IMG/VR virus record: IMGVR_UViG_3300042542_006078
Length of the DNA: 64,000 nucleotides
Direction: 5' to 3' (one strand)
DNA from: a virus
Lineage: Duplodnaviria > Caudoviricetes
Numbering within the stretch: position 1 is the first letter of the stretch; the number at the start of each line of letters is the position of its first letter. The notes beneath the pieces are model-generated. The model had not been told where the DNA came from, ran no database searches, and worked only from the letters and a program-made list of their open reading frames with translations. This document shows positions 54,038 through 63,294 of the stretch, in pieces. Position numbers and translations under genes: made by a program.

Positions 54038-55123
54038 ATGCATTATGTTCATCGTATGACTTTGATGATTCACACAGCTTCTTGCGATAATTTTTTAGAA
54101 TCGCAGGGAATACCAAGTTATTATGAGGCTTTGCTGAGAAATTTAAGCAGACAATCTTTGCGTGAATTTGAACTTGTTTATGTTGATAGTTTTTACGAAG
54201 AAAACAGAGAGAAATTTGATAGATTGCTATCAGGATTAAATTTCATAGCAAAGCATGTTCCTATTCATAAGGACCACAGATATTGGTTTGATAAAGGCTA
54301 TTGTTATATTGCTGCTGCAAAAAATACAGGTATTTTGCATGCCGATGGCGAATTGCTTGTTACATGTGATGATGGAGAGTTTTTCCCAGACGATTTTTTA
54401 CAGCGTTACTGGAGTCATTATAAATCAGGTCATTATATGCTGGGCATGCATAATAGACTCAGGTCTATCAAGACAGAAAACGGAATACCTGTTTTCCCTA
54501 TACAAGGTGAAATTTATATAAACGACAATAGATTTAATCAACTTTACATTAACGCCAGCCCATCTTCAAAAAGCAATAATATTTTTCAACATAATAATGG
54601 GAGTTGGGCCTATGCTGGCACTAGTTTCTCTTTGCTAGATGCTCTTGAACTCAATGGTTTCAACGAAAGGATGGATGGATGTAAAAGTCTTGATGATTGT
54701 GATTTTGGTAACCGTTTACAAATTCTAGGAAGAAAATTTGTACAAGACAAAAAAGGCATATTTTATATATTGGATCATCCTAGCTATGCAGACATGACTC
54801 CAGCAAACTGGGAAGTTGGATTGGACGGTCAATCAAATCAACTTCCTCCTCCCACAAGAAGGAAAAAGATTGATAATTTAATTGCAGTTGAAAATTATGG
54901 CACATTGCGCTGTTCAGTTGAGCTTAAGGAAATAAAAGCGAATGTAAAACCATTAACTGACAATCATTTGAATATAATTCAAAGAGAAACCATACACTAT
55001 AGAAAATTTGACCCATTGGCACCAGAAAATGCTGAAAAGTTCTCAATATGGAAAGGTGTACCAACATTTGATTTGGTCAAACAAAGACAAGAACTGAGAA
55101 CATCAAAAGAATGGAGATGGTAA
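54038..55123 (+). CDS. GT-A fold (GT2/GT7-like) glycosyltransferase
   Basis: VYVD, AAKNTGI.HA.GE.L..CDDG, NGFNE.MDG...DD.DF..R. Confidence 0.75.
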   Translation: MHYVHRMTLMIHTASCDNFLESQGIPSYYEALLRNLSRQSLREFELVYVDSFYEENREKFDRLLSGLNFIAKHVPIHKDHRYWFDKGYCYIAAAKNTGILHADGELLVTCDDGEFFPDDFLQRYWSHYKSGHYMLGMHNRLRSIKTENGIPVFPIQGEIYINDNRFNQLYINASPSSKSNNIFQHNNGSWAYAGTSFSLLDALELNGFNERMDGCKSLDDCDFGNRLQILGRKFVQDKKGIFYILDHPSYADMTPANWEVGLDGQSNQLPPPTRRKKIDNLIAVENYGTLRCSVELKEIKANVKPLTDNHLNIIQRETIHYRKFDPLAPENAEKFSIWKGVPTFDLVKQRQELRTSKEWRW

Positions 55124-55746
55124 TGGATATTACAAGTTTTTTAGATATACATCTTGGCACCATTGATGGATGGTGCGAAAAAGACAAGGCCAAGAAGCTC
55201 TATGAAATAATTTGTGAAATAAAGCCTAGTTTGTGCGTTGAGATTGGTGTTTTTGGAGGCTCATCTTTGCTTCCTCAGGCTCTTGCCATCAAGCATAATA
55301 CAAAAGGTGTTATAGTTGGCATTGATCCTTGGAGCAATTCTTGTGCTATAGAGGCTATGGAGAATAAAGCCAATAAAAATTGGTGGGGAAATGTTGATCT
55401 TGAATCAGTATACAAGAAATTTTTACAAAAAATTAAATTATATGAAGTTGAAGATTTTGTTCAAGTATATCGTAATAAATCCTCGGAAGTTGTAAATCGT
55501 TTTGATGACAATAGCATTGATGTTCTACACATTGATGGTAATCATTGCGAAAAAATTTCTTATGCGGATGCAATTAATTATTATCCAAAAGTCAAAATAG
55601 GTGGTTATATTTTCTTTGACGACATCAACTGGAGCGAGAACATGAAAGATATTTCTACTGAAAAGGGATTAAAATATCTCTTGCAATTCTCTGAAGAGAT
55701 GGGCGTTTTTGGCAAAGACTGCTTGTTGATGAAAAAAGTAAAGTGA
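55111..55746 (+). CDS. Class I SAM-dependent methyltransferase (Methyltransf_24-like)
   Basis: VEIGVFGGSS, GIDPW, IDVLHIDGNH, K.GGYI.FDD. Confidence 0.88.
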   Translation: MEMVMDITSFLDIHLGTIDGWCEKDKAKKLYEIICEIKPSLCVEIGVFGGSSLLPQALAIKHNTKGVIVGIDPWSNSCAIEAMENKANKNWWGNVDLESVYKKFLQKIKLYEVEDFVQVYRNKSSEVVNRFDDNSIDVLHIDGNHCEKISYADAINYYPKVKIGGYIFFDDINWSENMKDISTEKGLKYLLQFSEEMGVFGKDCLLMKKVK

Positions 55747-55788
55747 AGATAATATTCCTCCTAAGCCATAAATAGCAATAGGGGGCAT

Positions 55789-56217
55789 ATGAATCAAAAT
55801 TTTACTACAGATCAGGTTCAAGAACAGCTTGTGCAATTACAAGTTTTTTTAGAAGAAGCCAAGCAAAAGTGGGATTCAGAAAATCCACAACCAAAATCAT
55901 GGTTCGATAAGAACAAGGCATATATTGTTAAAACAACTATTTTTTTGATAGGAATAACTGATAATCTTATCAATTTAGTTGAAACATTTTTGCTTAAAGG
56001 GCCGGATAAAAAGATTGCTGTTTTAGCAATTGCCACGCAACTTTTTGACTATGTTGCTTCAAAAGCATTTCCAATATGGATTTCTCCATTTGTTCCAGTT
56101 ATCAAGCAAATAGTAATATCAATAATAATCAGCAATATGATTGAATTCATAGTTTCTAAATACAAAGAAGGTGCTTGGAAATGGGAGAATAAAACAGATG
56201 CCTCTAGAACAGTGTGA
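55789..56217 (+). CDS. Small membrane-associated protein, possibly holin-like
   Basis: LVE....G.DKK..V pattern and hydrophobic C-terminal half; CATAAATA upstream. Confidence 0.4.
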   Translation: MNQNFTTDQVQEQLVQLQVFLEEAKQKWDSENPQPKSWFDKNKAYIVKTTIFLIGITDNLINLVETFLLKGPDKKIAVLAIATQLFDYVASKAFPIWISPFVPVIKQIVISIIISNMIEFIVSKYKEGAWKWENKTDASRTV

Positions 56218-57145
56218 TATTATCAATTTACTTCCTTTTGTTCGTGAAGACATTGCGACAGTGCAAGATGTCCAACAAAGAGCAGGATGGGAAATTACTG
56301 CTTTCAATCTTTTGGATACTTGGTCTTTGACACAGGGAGAAGGCGTTGTTGTCGCAGTCCTCGATACAGGTTGTGATTTGAATCACGATGACCTCAAGGG
56401 AAATCTTTTAGAAGGCAGAAATTTTGTAAAAAAAGGCATGCCTCCAATAGATGATCAAGGCCATGGAAGCCATGTGGCGGGAACTATTTGCGCTTTGAAC
56501 AATGATTTTGGAGTAGTTGGAGTTGCGCCAAAAGCGAAAGTCATGCCTGTCAAAGTTTTGGACAGCAAAGGAGCAGGTAATCTGTCAGTTGTGGCAGAAG
56601 GGATCAAATGGTCTGCTGATCAAGGTGTTGATTTTATCGTAATGTCTCTTGGTTCTCCGACACCTACACCTGTGATTTATGATGCAATTAAATATGCAGA
56701 ATCAAAAGGTGTTGTAACTTGGTGTGCAGCAGGCAACGCTGGCAAGACAAGACAGATATTTTATCCAGCCGCTTATCCAGAAGTTATTGGAATAGGCGCT
56801 ATTGATGAGAATTTGCATCGTGCCAACTTTAGTTGCACAGGCCCAGATCTTGATTTTTTGGCACCGGGTGTTGGAATTTTAAGTACAGTGCCTGATAATT
56901 GGTATGCAATTTTATCTGGCACATCTATGTCAACTCCTTTCGCAGCAGGAGTTGGTTGCTTGCTTCTTTCTCATAAAAGAAAAATACAACTTGGAATCAA
57001 TCTTAAAACAGCAAAAGATTATATTGATGTTTTGAGAAATTATACTATTCCAACAACCGATCCTAAATTCGCAAATCAAAATTTTTTAGAGGGATTTGGA
57101 ATTATTGATCCACGCAAAGTTACAGAATGGATGCAGCGCAACTAA
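56198..57145 (+). CDS. Subtilisin-like S8 serine peptidase
   Basis: VLDTG, HGSHVAG, AAGN, SGTSMSTP; no signal peptide or long prodomain. Confidence 0.95.
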   Translation: MPLEQCDIINLLPFVREDIATVQDVQQRAGWEITAFNLLDTWSLTQGEGVVVAVLDTGCDLNHDDLKGNLLEGRNFVKKGMPPIDDQGHGSHVAGTICALNNDFGVVGVAPKAKVMPVKVLDSKGAGNLSVVAEGIKWSADQGVDFIVMSLGSPTPTPVIYDAIKYAESKGVVTWCAAGNAGKTRQIFYPAAYPEVIGIGAIDENLHRANFSCTGPDLDFLAPGVGILSTVPDNWYAILSGTSMSTPFAAGVGCLLLSHKRKIQLGINLKTAKDYIDVLRNYTIPTTDPKFANQNFLEGFGIIDPRKVTEWMQRN

Positions 57146-57729
57146 TCTTTTGAAGGCAATACTGCTGGAGGGAGATCATAAAATATAAAATCTTGTTCGC
57201 TGCTCAAGCTGCCATATCCTTTTTGGCCTTCTTTTCCACCTTTTGCCTGACTTTGTACTTTTCCATCTTTTTCTCCTGATCCTTTCTTTTCTCCAATAAC
57301 TCCTTTTCCTTGAGCTATTTGCTGCATTGCTTTTGCAAGTTTTTGGTGCATTTGTTCCGAGTATGGTAATTTATAAACTCTTGGTTCTTTTCTTTTCTTA
57401 ATCTTGAAAGGAAACAAGTGGTTTTCATTTTGTTCTTCTTCTTCGATGCTTGATGCCCAAATCAATATGCTGCCAGAATCTGCTGTTTTTAATTTTGATG
57501 GTTCTTTAACCAAAGACCAATGAACCGTGAATTTTTCTGGCATAACTTGTTCTGTCGGCCATCCTGACAAACTACTTACAGAGTGCCAAAGACCTAAACT
57601 AAAGTAAAGTACTACCGAAACCACAATTGCTTTGAGCCACCAATATCCTTTGCCGAGAATGATATACCATAAACACATAGCAGAAATAATCACAAATGTG
57701 ATTGAAATCCCGATGATTGTGTTGTCCAT
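57142..57729 (-). CDS. Membrane protein (two N-terminal TM helices)
   Basis: Hydrophobic N-terminus then GWPT ... IWA ... PRVYKLPY. Confidence 0.7.
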   Translation of the reverse strand: MDNTIIGISITFVIISAMCLWYIILGKGYWWLKAIVVSVVLYFSLGLWHSVSSLSGWPTEQVMPEKFTVHWSLVKEPSKLKTADSGSILIWASSIEEEEQNENHLFPFKIKKRKEPRVYKLPYSEQMHQKLAKAMQQIAQGKGVIGEKKGSGEKDGKVQSQAKGGKEGQKGYGSLSSEQDFIFYDLPPAVLPSKD

Positions 57730-57737
57730 TTTTTTCC

Positions 57738-58373
57738 TTACGGTGCTGATGGCACCTCAAATGTGTTCTGCTTTGTCCTTCCAATCATCTTTTTCTGAAT
57801 TGTGTTTGATGATTCTATTTCGCCATTTTTGTTTAATTTGAAACGAAGAGCAGTTTTTTCATCACCTTGTGAATCCAAAACCACTTGACTTATCATCATT
57901 GTTTTAAGTTTTGGATTTACTTTGTCGATCTGAATAGTGACAGGGCATGGTCTTTTATCATTCATTTTATAAGCATGAACATTAACGCAATACTCACCAA
58001 CATGGAATCCACGGAATGTGATAATCTCTCGATTGTAGGGATATTTCATAGGCCCTTGAGGGGTTTCCACCATGTCGTTTCGGAATCCCAAATCGTCACG
58101 GTCAAGGTGCATAAGTCCAACCTCTCTGCTCCTGAAAAAAACAAGATTGCCAAGAGGGTCTTCGACATATATGTCTATATCGTTGTCCATATCATCTGGC
58201 CATGTCATAGTGACGATTAACTCTGCCTTAACTTCGACAGATGATTTGCTTTGATCTTTATTTTGGTTTATGAGAGCAAACGACAATACGAAAAGAGCCG
58301 TAAATGCAAGAAGCATATTAAAAAGCAAATCCAAAAAAGATGTATTGCAACTATAGTGCTTTCTATTGATCAT
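57738..58373 (-). CDS. ExbD/MotB-like single-pass protein with soluble Ig-like (DUF2135-like) domain
   Basis: TM segment SFLDLLFNMLLAF with an intramembrane Asp; MTWP...NDIDIYVEDP; ATGA overlap with the upstream gene. Confidence 0.65.
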   Translation of the reverse strand: MINRKHYSCNTSFLDLLFNMLLAFTALFVLSFALINQNKDQSKSSVEVKAELIVTMTWPDDMDNDIDIYVEDPLGNLVFFRSREVGLMHLDRDDLGFRNDMVETPQGPMKYPYNREIITFRGFHVGEYCVNVHAYKMNDKRPCPVTIQIDKVNPKLKTMMISQVVLDSQGDEKTALRFKLNKNGEIESSNTIQKKMIGRTKQNTFEVPSAP

Positions 58374-58879
58374 TTTGCTTCCTGTTTTTGCGCTATTTTG
58401 TTCAGATGCAAACCAAGAATCAATGCTTGCATTTTTAGACATTGTCCGCAGATCAAACCAACTAGTGTCGTATACAAAGCAGTTGCCATGCTCTTTCCTA
58501 GTTCTGACAAAAGTCCCTGAATGGTTTGTTGGTTTGATATATCGAGGTTTTCAAAACCTGCCAACATCATGCAGAATCCCACTATTGTTCCCAACATCCC
58601 AAGATTGAGGCAAAGCTCACTTGTGAACCAGATTGTTTCTTCTCTTCTTGCAAAAGATTCGATCTTTTCTTTGGTAATATTGTTTTCATTTTCAGTCAAG
58701 AAGATATCTCTGCCACATTTAATGCTCATAATGTAAAATATAACTATGGTAGCAATGCTTAAGTAGCTTGCATCTTTTTCCCAGAGTACTTTTACGAATC
58801 CAAGGTAAAAGGAAAAGACTGTTGCCACAATGAATAATGTGAACAAAAGCCACCATTTAAGAAATGATTCAAATTTCAT
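58370..58879 (-). CDS. MotA/TolQ/ExbB proton-channel family protein
   Basis: LGMLGTIVGF...L ... MATALYTTLVGL. Confidence 0.88.
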   Translation of the reverse strand: MKFESFLKWWLLFTLFIVATVFSFYLGFVKVLWEKDASYLSIATIVIFYIMSIKCGRDIFLTENENNITKEKIESFARREETIWFTSELCLNLGMLGTIVGFCMMLAGFENLDISNQQTIQGLLSELGKSMATALYTTLVGLICGQCLKMQALILGLHLNKIAQKQEAK

Positions 58880-59384
58880 TTTGAGCCTTTTTGTTTTTGA
58901 GTTTATCTACTTTCTGCTTCAATTCATTCGCCAATTCGTAATTTTCTTCAGAAATTGCCAATTGCATTTTGGATTGCAATATGACAATTTCATCTTCTGT
59001 GTTTAGATAAAATCCTGTCGTATCATGTTTTTTTGGTCTTTTGCCAATATGTTTGTATCCAACCTGACATTTTGTAATCATTGCCAGAATCTTGTCTCTG
59101 AATGATTCGTAGCACATGTCGCATCCAAGTCTTGATTTTTTGACAATGTCTTCAAAGCAACAATTGCATTGAGAACACTTTTTTATATCTTTTTGATATT
59201 TATCTGTTATATTTTCAATGATGCCCATAAGTTCTTCAAGGGCTTCCACGCTATTTTTTTTGTATTGTAAATAAGCGCACTTTTCGCAAACCATTTTTTG
59301 CACAAATTCGCCGCCATCAGAAACTAGTATCTGATAAGACTTCGAGTTTGGACAAGGCGTTCCATTAAGAGGACAGTTTTCCAT
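58869..59384 (-). CDS. mcsA: McsA-like protein (Zn fingers plus UvrB/C motif)
   Basis: CEKC, CSQC...F......RLGCDMCYESF, HIGKRP, L..AI.EE.YE.A..LK. Confidence 0.85.
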   Translation of the reverse strand: MENCPLNGTPCPNSKSYQILVSDGGEFVQKMVCEKCAYLQYKKNSVEALEELMGIIENITDKYQKDIKKCSQCNCCFEDIVKKSRLGCDMCYESFRDKILAMITKCQVGYKHIGKRPKKHDTTGFYLNTEDEIVILQSKMQLAISEENYELANELKQKVDKLKNKKAQNEI

Positions 59385-59386
59385 AT

Positions 59387-59917
59387 TCAATCCTTGTTTT
59401 CAGATGCGACGATCTTCTTCAAATCATCCAACTTTTTGTAAATTATTTTCTTTTCATCATCTGTGATTTCATCCTTGAAATCCATTAACATTTTACGGGC
59501 AAAGGAATCATATTTCTTGGAAAATCCAATTCTTATTTCCAATAATTCTTTGCTGTATTTAACAACATCTTCTTTTTTGGCGATGCTCGGATTATCAGAT
59601 TCATAATCCTTTTCCGAAAATTTATTGATTTCTTGTTTCCATGCTGATTGCAGCTTTTCTGACTCTTGGCCTATCTGTTGCGAAAAAACAAGTATAAATG
59701 TATGTTTTTCAATTGGCTTCAAAATTGAAAAACTTTTAACATCATTTGTTTTCTTGTCTATTATCTCAATTTTATTCCAATACTGTTGCGAAAAAGTAGA
59801 ATCGTTAAAATTTTTGTAAACTGAAATGGCATTTTTATAATCATTATGAGTCGCCTTTGCCTTTGCTGGTTCATCGTAGCCAACAAAAGCAAGCAAAATA
59901 ATCAAAATTATTTTCAT
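59387..59917 (-). CDS. Exported or membrane-anchored hypothetical protein
   Basis: MKIILIILLAFVG after an AAGGGA RBS. Confidence 0.6.
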   Translation of the reverse strand: MKIILIILLAFVGYDEPAKAKATHNDYKNAISVYKNFNDSTFSQQYWNKIEIIDKKTNDVKSFSILKPIEKHTFILVFSQQIGQESEKLQSAWKQEINKFSEKDYESDNPSIAKKEDVVKYSKELLEIRIGFSKKYDSFARKMLMDFKDEITDDEKKIIYKKLDDLKKIVASENKD

Positions 59918-59924
59918 TTTTCCC

Positions 59925-60755
59925 TTAAATAAATACCGCATCGCCTTTTATTCGCAAGCTGAAACCGTCAACCTCAAGAGATTGCGAATTTGCTGCTACA
60001 GTTCTCTTTATCCATACTGGTATTACATCCAAATTGCGAAAAGTACCCAAAGAATATGAGGATGTAGAAAATACTACGCTTGTTGGTGGTGTGGTTTCAA
60101 CATCAATTAAGGTTGCTTCTTTATTGATTGGAGAGCCATTGACAGATTTGACTATTGAAACATTTGGAGCAGAACCAGAATAAGTAAGAGAATTGGATTG
60201 TAATATGAGCAGTTCTTGATACCTCGCCCCAGAATCTCCTAAAAAATTTACTTCAAAAGAAAGAGTGTTGCTTCCTGCATCATAACTTGCTGATACTGTA
60301 ACTCCTGTCAGATAATCCAACAAATTAATTGCGGTTTGGAAATTACTTGCAAAAGTGTTGACATCAACATCATAAGAAAAATTAAAGTTATGTGTTGTTG
60401 TATCGGTATAAGTTAAGGTAATTGTACCTCCAGTAACACTACTGAAGTTGCTGATGTTCACATATTGTCTGTCATTTAGAATCTCAAATCCAATCTCCAT
60501 TTCGGCACCACTAGTTGGATCGTATAGGATGTATATTTCAGAATTATACAAAATTTCAGATGCGCTATCGTTGCTTATATAAAGGCACCTGTAGTCTATC
60601 ATTCCTAATGATGCTTCTGAATTTGTGACATTATCAAACAAAGTGTTGTTATTTACTGAATAAATTGATGGCGCACCACCCAAAGATAAGTTGGGGTTGT
60701 TGTTTGAAGAACCCCCAGAGTATAAGTAAGAAATATCGCCGGGTACAATTGGCAT
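59925..60755 (-). CDS. Probable virion structural protein
   Basis: S/T/N-rich; YSGG...SLGG, LFDNV..EA..G..DYRC.YI.N, VWIKR.V pattern of phage tail-region proteins. Confidence 0.6.
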   Translation of the reverse strand: MPIVPGDISYLYSGGSSNNNPNLSLGGAPSIYSVNNNTLFDNVTNSEASLGMIDYRCLYISNDSASEILYNSEIYILYDPTSGAEMEIGFEILNDRQYVNISNFSSVTGGTITLTYTDTTTHNFNFSYDVDVNTFASNFQTAINLLDYLTGVTVSASYDAGSNTLSFEVNFLGDSGARYQELLILQSNSLTYSGSAPNVSIVKSVNGSPINKEATLIDVETTPPTSVVFSTSSYSLGTFRNLDVIPVWIKRTVAANSQSLEVDGFSLRIKGDAVFI

Positions 60756-60878
60756 CTTAACCTCAAATTTTGAACTATAATATCTATAAGTAAGTATATT
60801 TTTTTACCATTTTGGTTGATTTGAATTTTCTAGGCACTTATAATAGATGGCAAGATTGTTTCGGAAACCTGTCAAAAG

Positions 60879-61733
60879 ATGACGGACTCGGAAATAACGA
60901 AGCAAAACATGCAAGAACACAAAGATCATTACAGGCTAGATTCATCTAATCCTAGAAGGATTAATGGAAAGCGTGTAATTTGGTCTAACTTCCAAACCAA
61001 TCTTAAAATATTACAAATATACAACAAAGGTCTGGAATACTCCGTACTTTCCGATAAGTATGAAACTTGCAATCCATTGGTTTGGTGTAAAGATTTTCTT
61101 CACGATGTTGTACATTCGTCTTTAGCAAAAAGATCTTTTGAAATATATCGTCTTCGATATGATCCTTCCATAAATCCCAAGCCTTGTATTAAACAAACAA
61201 GAATATTGGTTGCAAATAGTCGTGATATCAGGATGGTAAAAAAGATACCATCATGTCTTGATTTCATTAATCAAATTGAAGACAAGCTCAATATTTCTCA
61301 CACTATTGTTCGTCCATGTATCAATCCACCAGTTGGTTATACAAAAGATAATGTTTTCATTTTCCAAGGACACAAAAGGTGGCTTTTTGCTCCTGCAATG
61401 TTGTCTTTATACACACTTTTGATAAGAGTTGGATTTTCGCATTTTCTTGGAAAAGATTATAAATCCACAATATTAGGACTTAAAGAGGGATTGATTAAAC
61501 AGTATCAATCCAAAGATGCAAGATGGATTAAAGAAATAGAACCAGCTTTTGAAAAAATCATTAGAATTGGCGACCGTAAAATTTTTTATCGTGATATCAA
61601 ACTCAATTATCCCGCTCACATGTCAACAGACATTATGCATAATAGAATGGGCATTGTTGCTTTCGCAAATGATATTAGGGCCAAGCATGCAGGACTATCT
61701 GTGGTTATGCCTTATTGGCACCTAATCAACTAA
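60879..61733 (+). CDS. Hypothetical protein upstream of the amide ligase
   Basis: 284-aa ORF; start uncertain. Confidence 0.6.
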   Translation: MTDSEITKQNMQEHKDHYRLDSSNPRRINGKRVIWSNFQTNLKILQIYNKGLEYSVLSDKYETCNPLVWCKDFLHDVVHSSLAKRSFEIYRLRYDPSINPKPCIKQTRILVANSRDIRMVKKIPSCLDFINQIEDKLNISHTIVRPCINPPVGYTKDNVFIFQGHKRWLFAPAMLSLYTLLIRVGFSHFLGKDYKSTILGLKEGLIKQYQSKDARWIKEIEPAFEKIIRIGDRKIFYRDIKLNYPAHMSTDIMHNRMGIVAFANDIRAKHAGLSVVMPYWHLIN

Positions 61734-61756
61734 CCTTTCTTTTGGAGGAGCGGGAC

Positions 61757-62674
61757 ATGGAATTTACTTTTGGTTGTGATCCAGAATTCATGCTGAATCG
61801 ATGGGAAGAACTGCAAAGTGCTATTCCATTGTTGCCCAAAAAAGAAAAGGCTGTTTTGAAAAACGGAAATGGTTTTTATTTTGACAATGTGTTGGCAGAA
61901 ATTGCGGTTAAACCTTCAAAAACAAAAAAAGAATTATTCACAAATATACAAAATGCTTTGCTTCATCTTGCAAAGTTAATTAAGCCTTGCAGATTCACGA
62001 TTCGCTCTTCTGCTAGGTATCCAAGCAAGCAGCTTGATGATAAGGAAGCAAAAATTGCTGGCTGCAATCCAGAATGGAATGTTTATACCTTAAAATGTAT
62101 TTTGCCTCCAGAGGAGGTCATTTCTAAGACGACATTCAGAACTGCTGGTGGTCATATCCATGTGGGGGCCAAAGGACTAGATGATCCAATTAAATCATTC
62201 GATGTGATTAGAATGATGGATTTGTTTATTGGAATACCATCTTTGTTTATGGATACCGATCCAACATCCAAAGACAGAAGAAAGATTTATGGGCATGCTG
62301 GCAGTCATCGCATGACTGATTATGGATTTGAATATAGAAGTCTTGGCAATTTCTGGTTTTCTTCACCAGAACATGTTAGTTTAATTTATGACTTAGTTGC
62401 ATTTGTTCTTGATTTTGTTGAAAACGAAAACCACAAAAAGTTCTGGTCTGTTAATGAAAAAATGCTACAAGGCAATGATCCTAGCCGTGCTTATACTTGT
62501 ATTGGCTATGATGCAAAACTTCTTTGCAAGTCAATTAATTCTTGTGACAAGAATCAAGCTGAAAAATTCATGCTTTTTATTCACAATTATTTGACAGATG
62601 ATCTTGCGAATAGAATTGAAAAACTTTCAGAAAAACCTTTACCGAATCCCTATGAATCTTGGGAACTCATGTGA
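61757..62674 (+). CDS. phiEco32-like COOH-NH2 ligase type 2
   Basis: FGCDPEF, DN..AE, AGCNP, RTAGGHIHVG, RRKIYG.AG..R, G.EYR.L.N.W. Confidence 0.85.
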   Translation: MEFTFGCDPEFMLNRWEELQSAIPLLPKKEKAVLKNGNGFYFDNVLAEIAVKPSKTKKELFTNIQNALLHLAKLIKPCRFTIRSSARYPSKQLDDKEAKIAGCNPEWNVYTLKCILPPEEVISKTTFRTAGGHIHVGAKGLDDPIKSFDVIRMMDLFIGIPSLFMDTDPTSKDRRKIYGHAGSHRMTDYGFEYRSLGNFWFSSPEHVSLIYDLVAFVLDFVENENHKKFWSVNEKMLQGNDPSRAYTCIGYDAKLLCKSINSCDKNQAEKFMLFIHNYLTDDLANRIEKLSEKPLPNPYESWELM

Positions 62675-63294
62675 TGCCAATCAATAAATGCGTAATCCAA
62701 CATTCCCACATTTGTCTTGATAAACCAGATCAAGCCATTATTTTGCTTCCCGGCAGGGGATGCTCTGCCGAAATGATGATGGGTTTGTTTTCCCAAATTT
62801 TGGAAATCCCCAAATTAATTGTTTTTTCAATTGAGCCAGAAAAAGAATGGTATCCAATGCCGAATGGTGCATTGGATCAAAATGATGCTTTGTCAGGTCT
62901 TACTGAAAATTTACCAATCATAAAAAATTATATTGATGAATTGCTCGCAGAATCAGAAATCAATGTTGAATCTACAAGTTTGATTGGATTTTCAGCAGGT
63001 GCAGTCATTGCTTTATCTCTTGCAACAAATTATCAAACTCCATATAAAATAATTATTTCACATAGCGGTGCAATTCTTGATCCAGAAAATATCAAGCCAT
63101 GTGAAATATCGACAAAAATAGTCTTGATACATCGACAAGATGATTCTTGTTTTGAATGGCATGAGCGATACTTGCCCATGCGTGACTCATTAATTAAATT
63201 AGGATATGCTGTCTCTCCAGTAGAAAGACAACTTGGAAACCATCTCATTTACAAAGATGATGTGGATTACATTAAAGAAATTATCTGTCAATAA
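62674..63294 (+). CDS. Alpha/beta hydrolase (phospholipase/carboxylesterase family)
   Basis: LPGRG, GFSAG, IH..DD, GNH. Confidence 0.8.
   Translation: MPINKCVIQHSHICLDKPDQAIILLPGRGCSAEMMMGLFSQILEIPKLIVFSIEPEKEWYPMPNGALDQNDALSGLTENLPIIKNYIDELLAESEINVESTSLIGFSAGAVIALSLATNYQTPYKIIISHSGAILDPENIKPCEISTKIVLIHRQDDSCFEWHERYLPMRDSLIKLGYAVSPVERQLGNHLIYKDDVDYIKEIICQ

Noticed and set aside
131-55000. Numerous 60-180 aa ORFs nested antisense or out of frame within larger genes (for example 6910-7218, 25018-25296, 52270-52812)
   Set aside because: No RBS or recognisable motif, and fully explained by the overlapping well-supported gene.
57142-58879. Complete Zorya defence system
   Set aside because: The ExbB-like protein lacks the long ZorA tail, the partner lacks an OmpA-like domain, and no zorC/D/E genes are present.
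105-62673. Longest-ORF N-terminal extensions in the track (105, 2232, 24754, 27300, 30315, 49296, 50833, 52758, 56171, 58442, 61715)
   Set aside because: Downstream starts have RBSs, signal peptides or stop/start coupling and avoid long overlaps, so I used the shorter starts.
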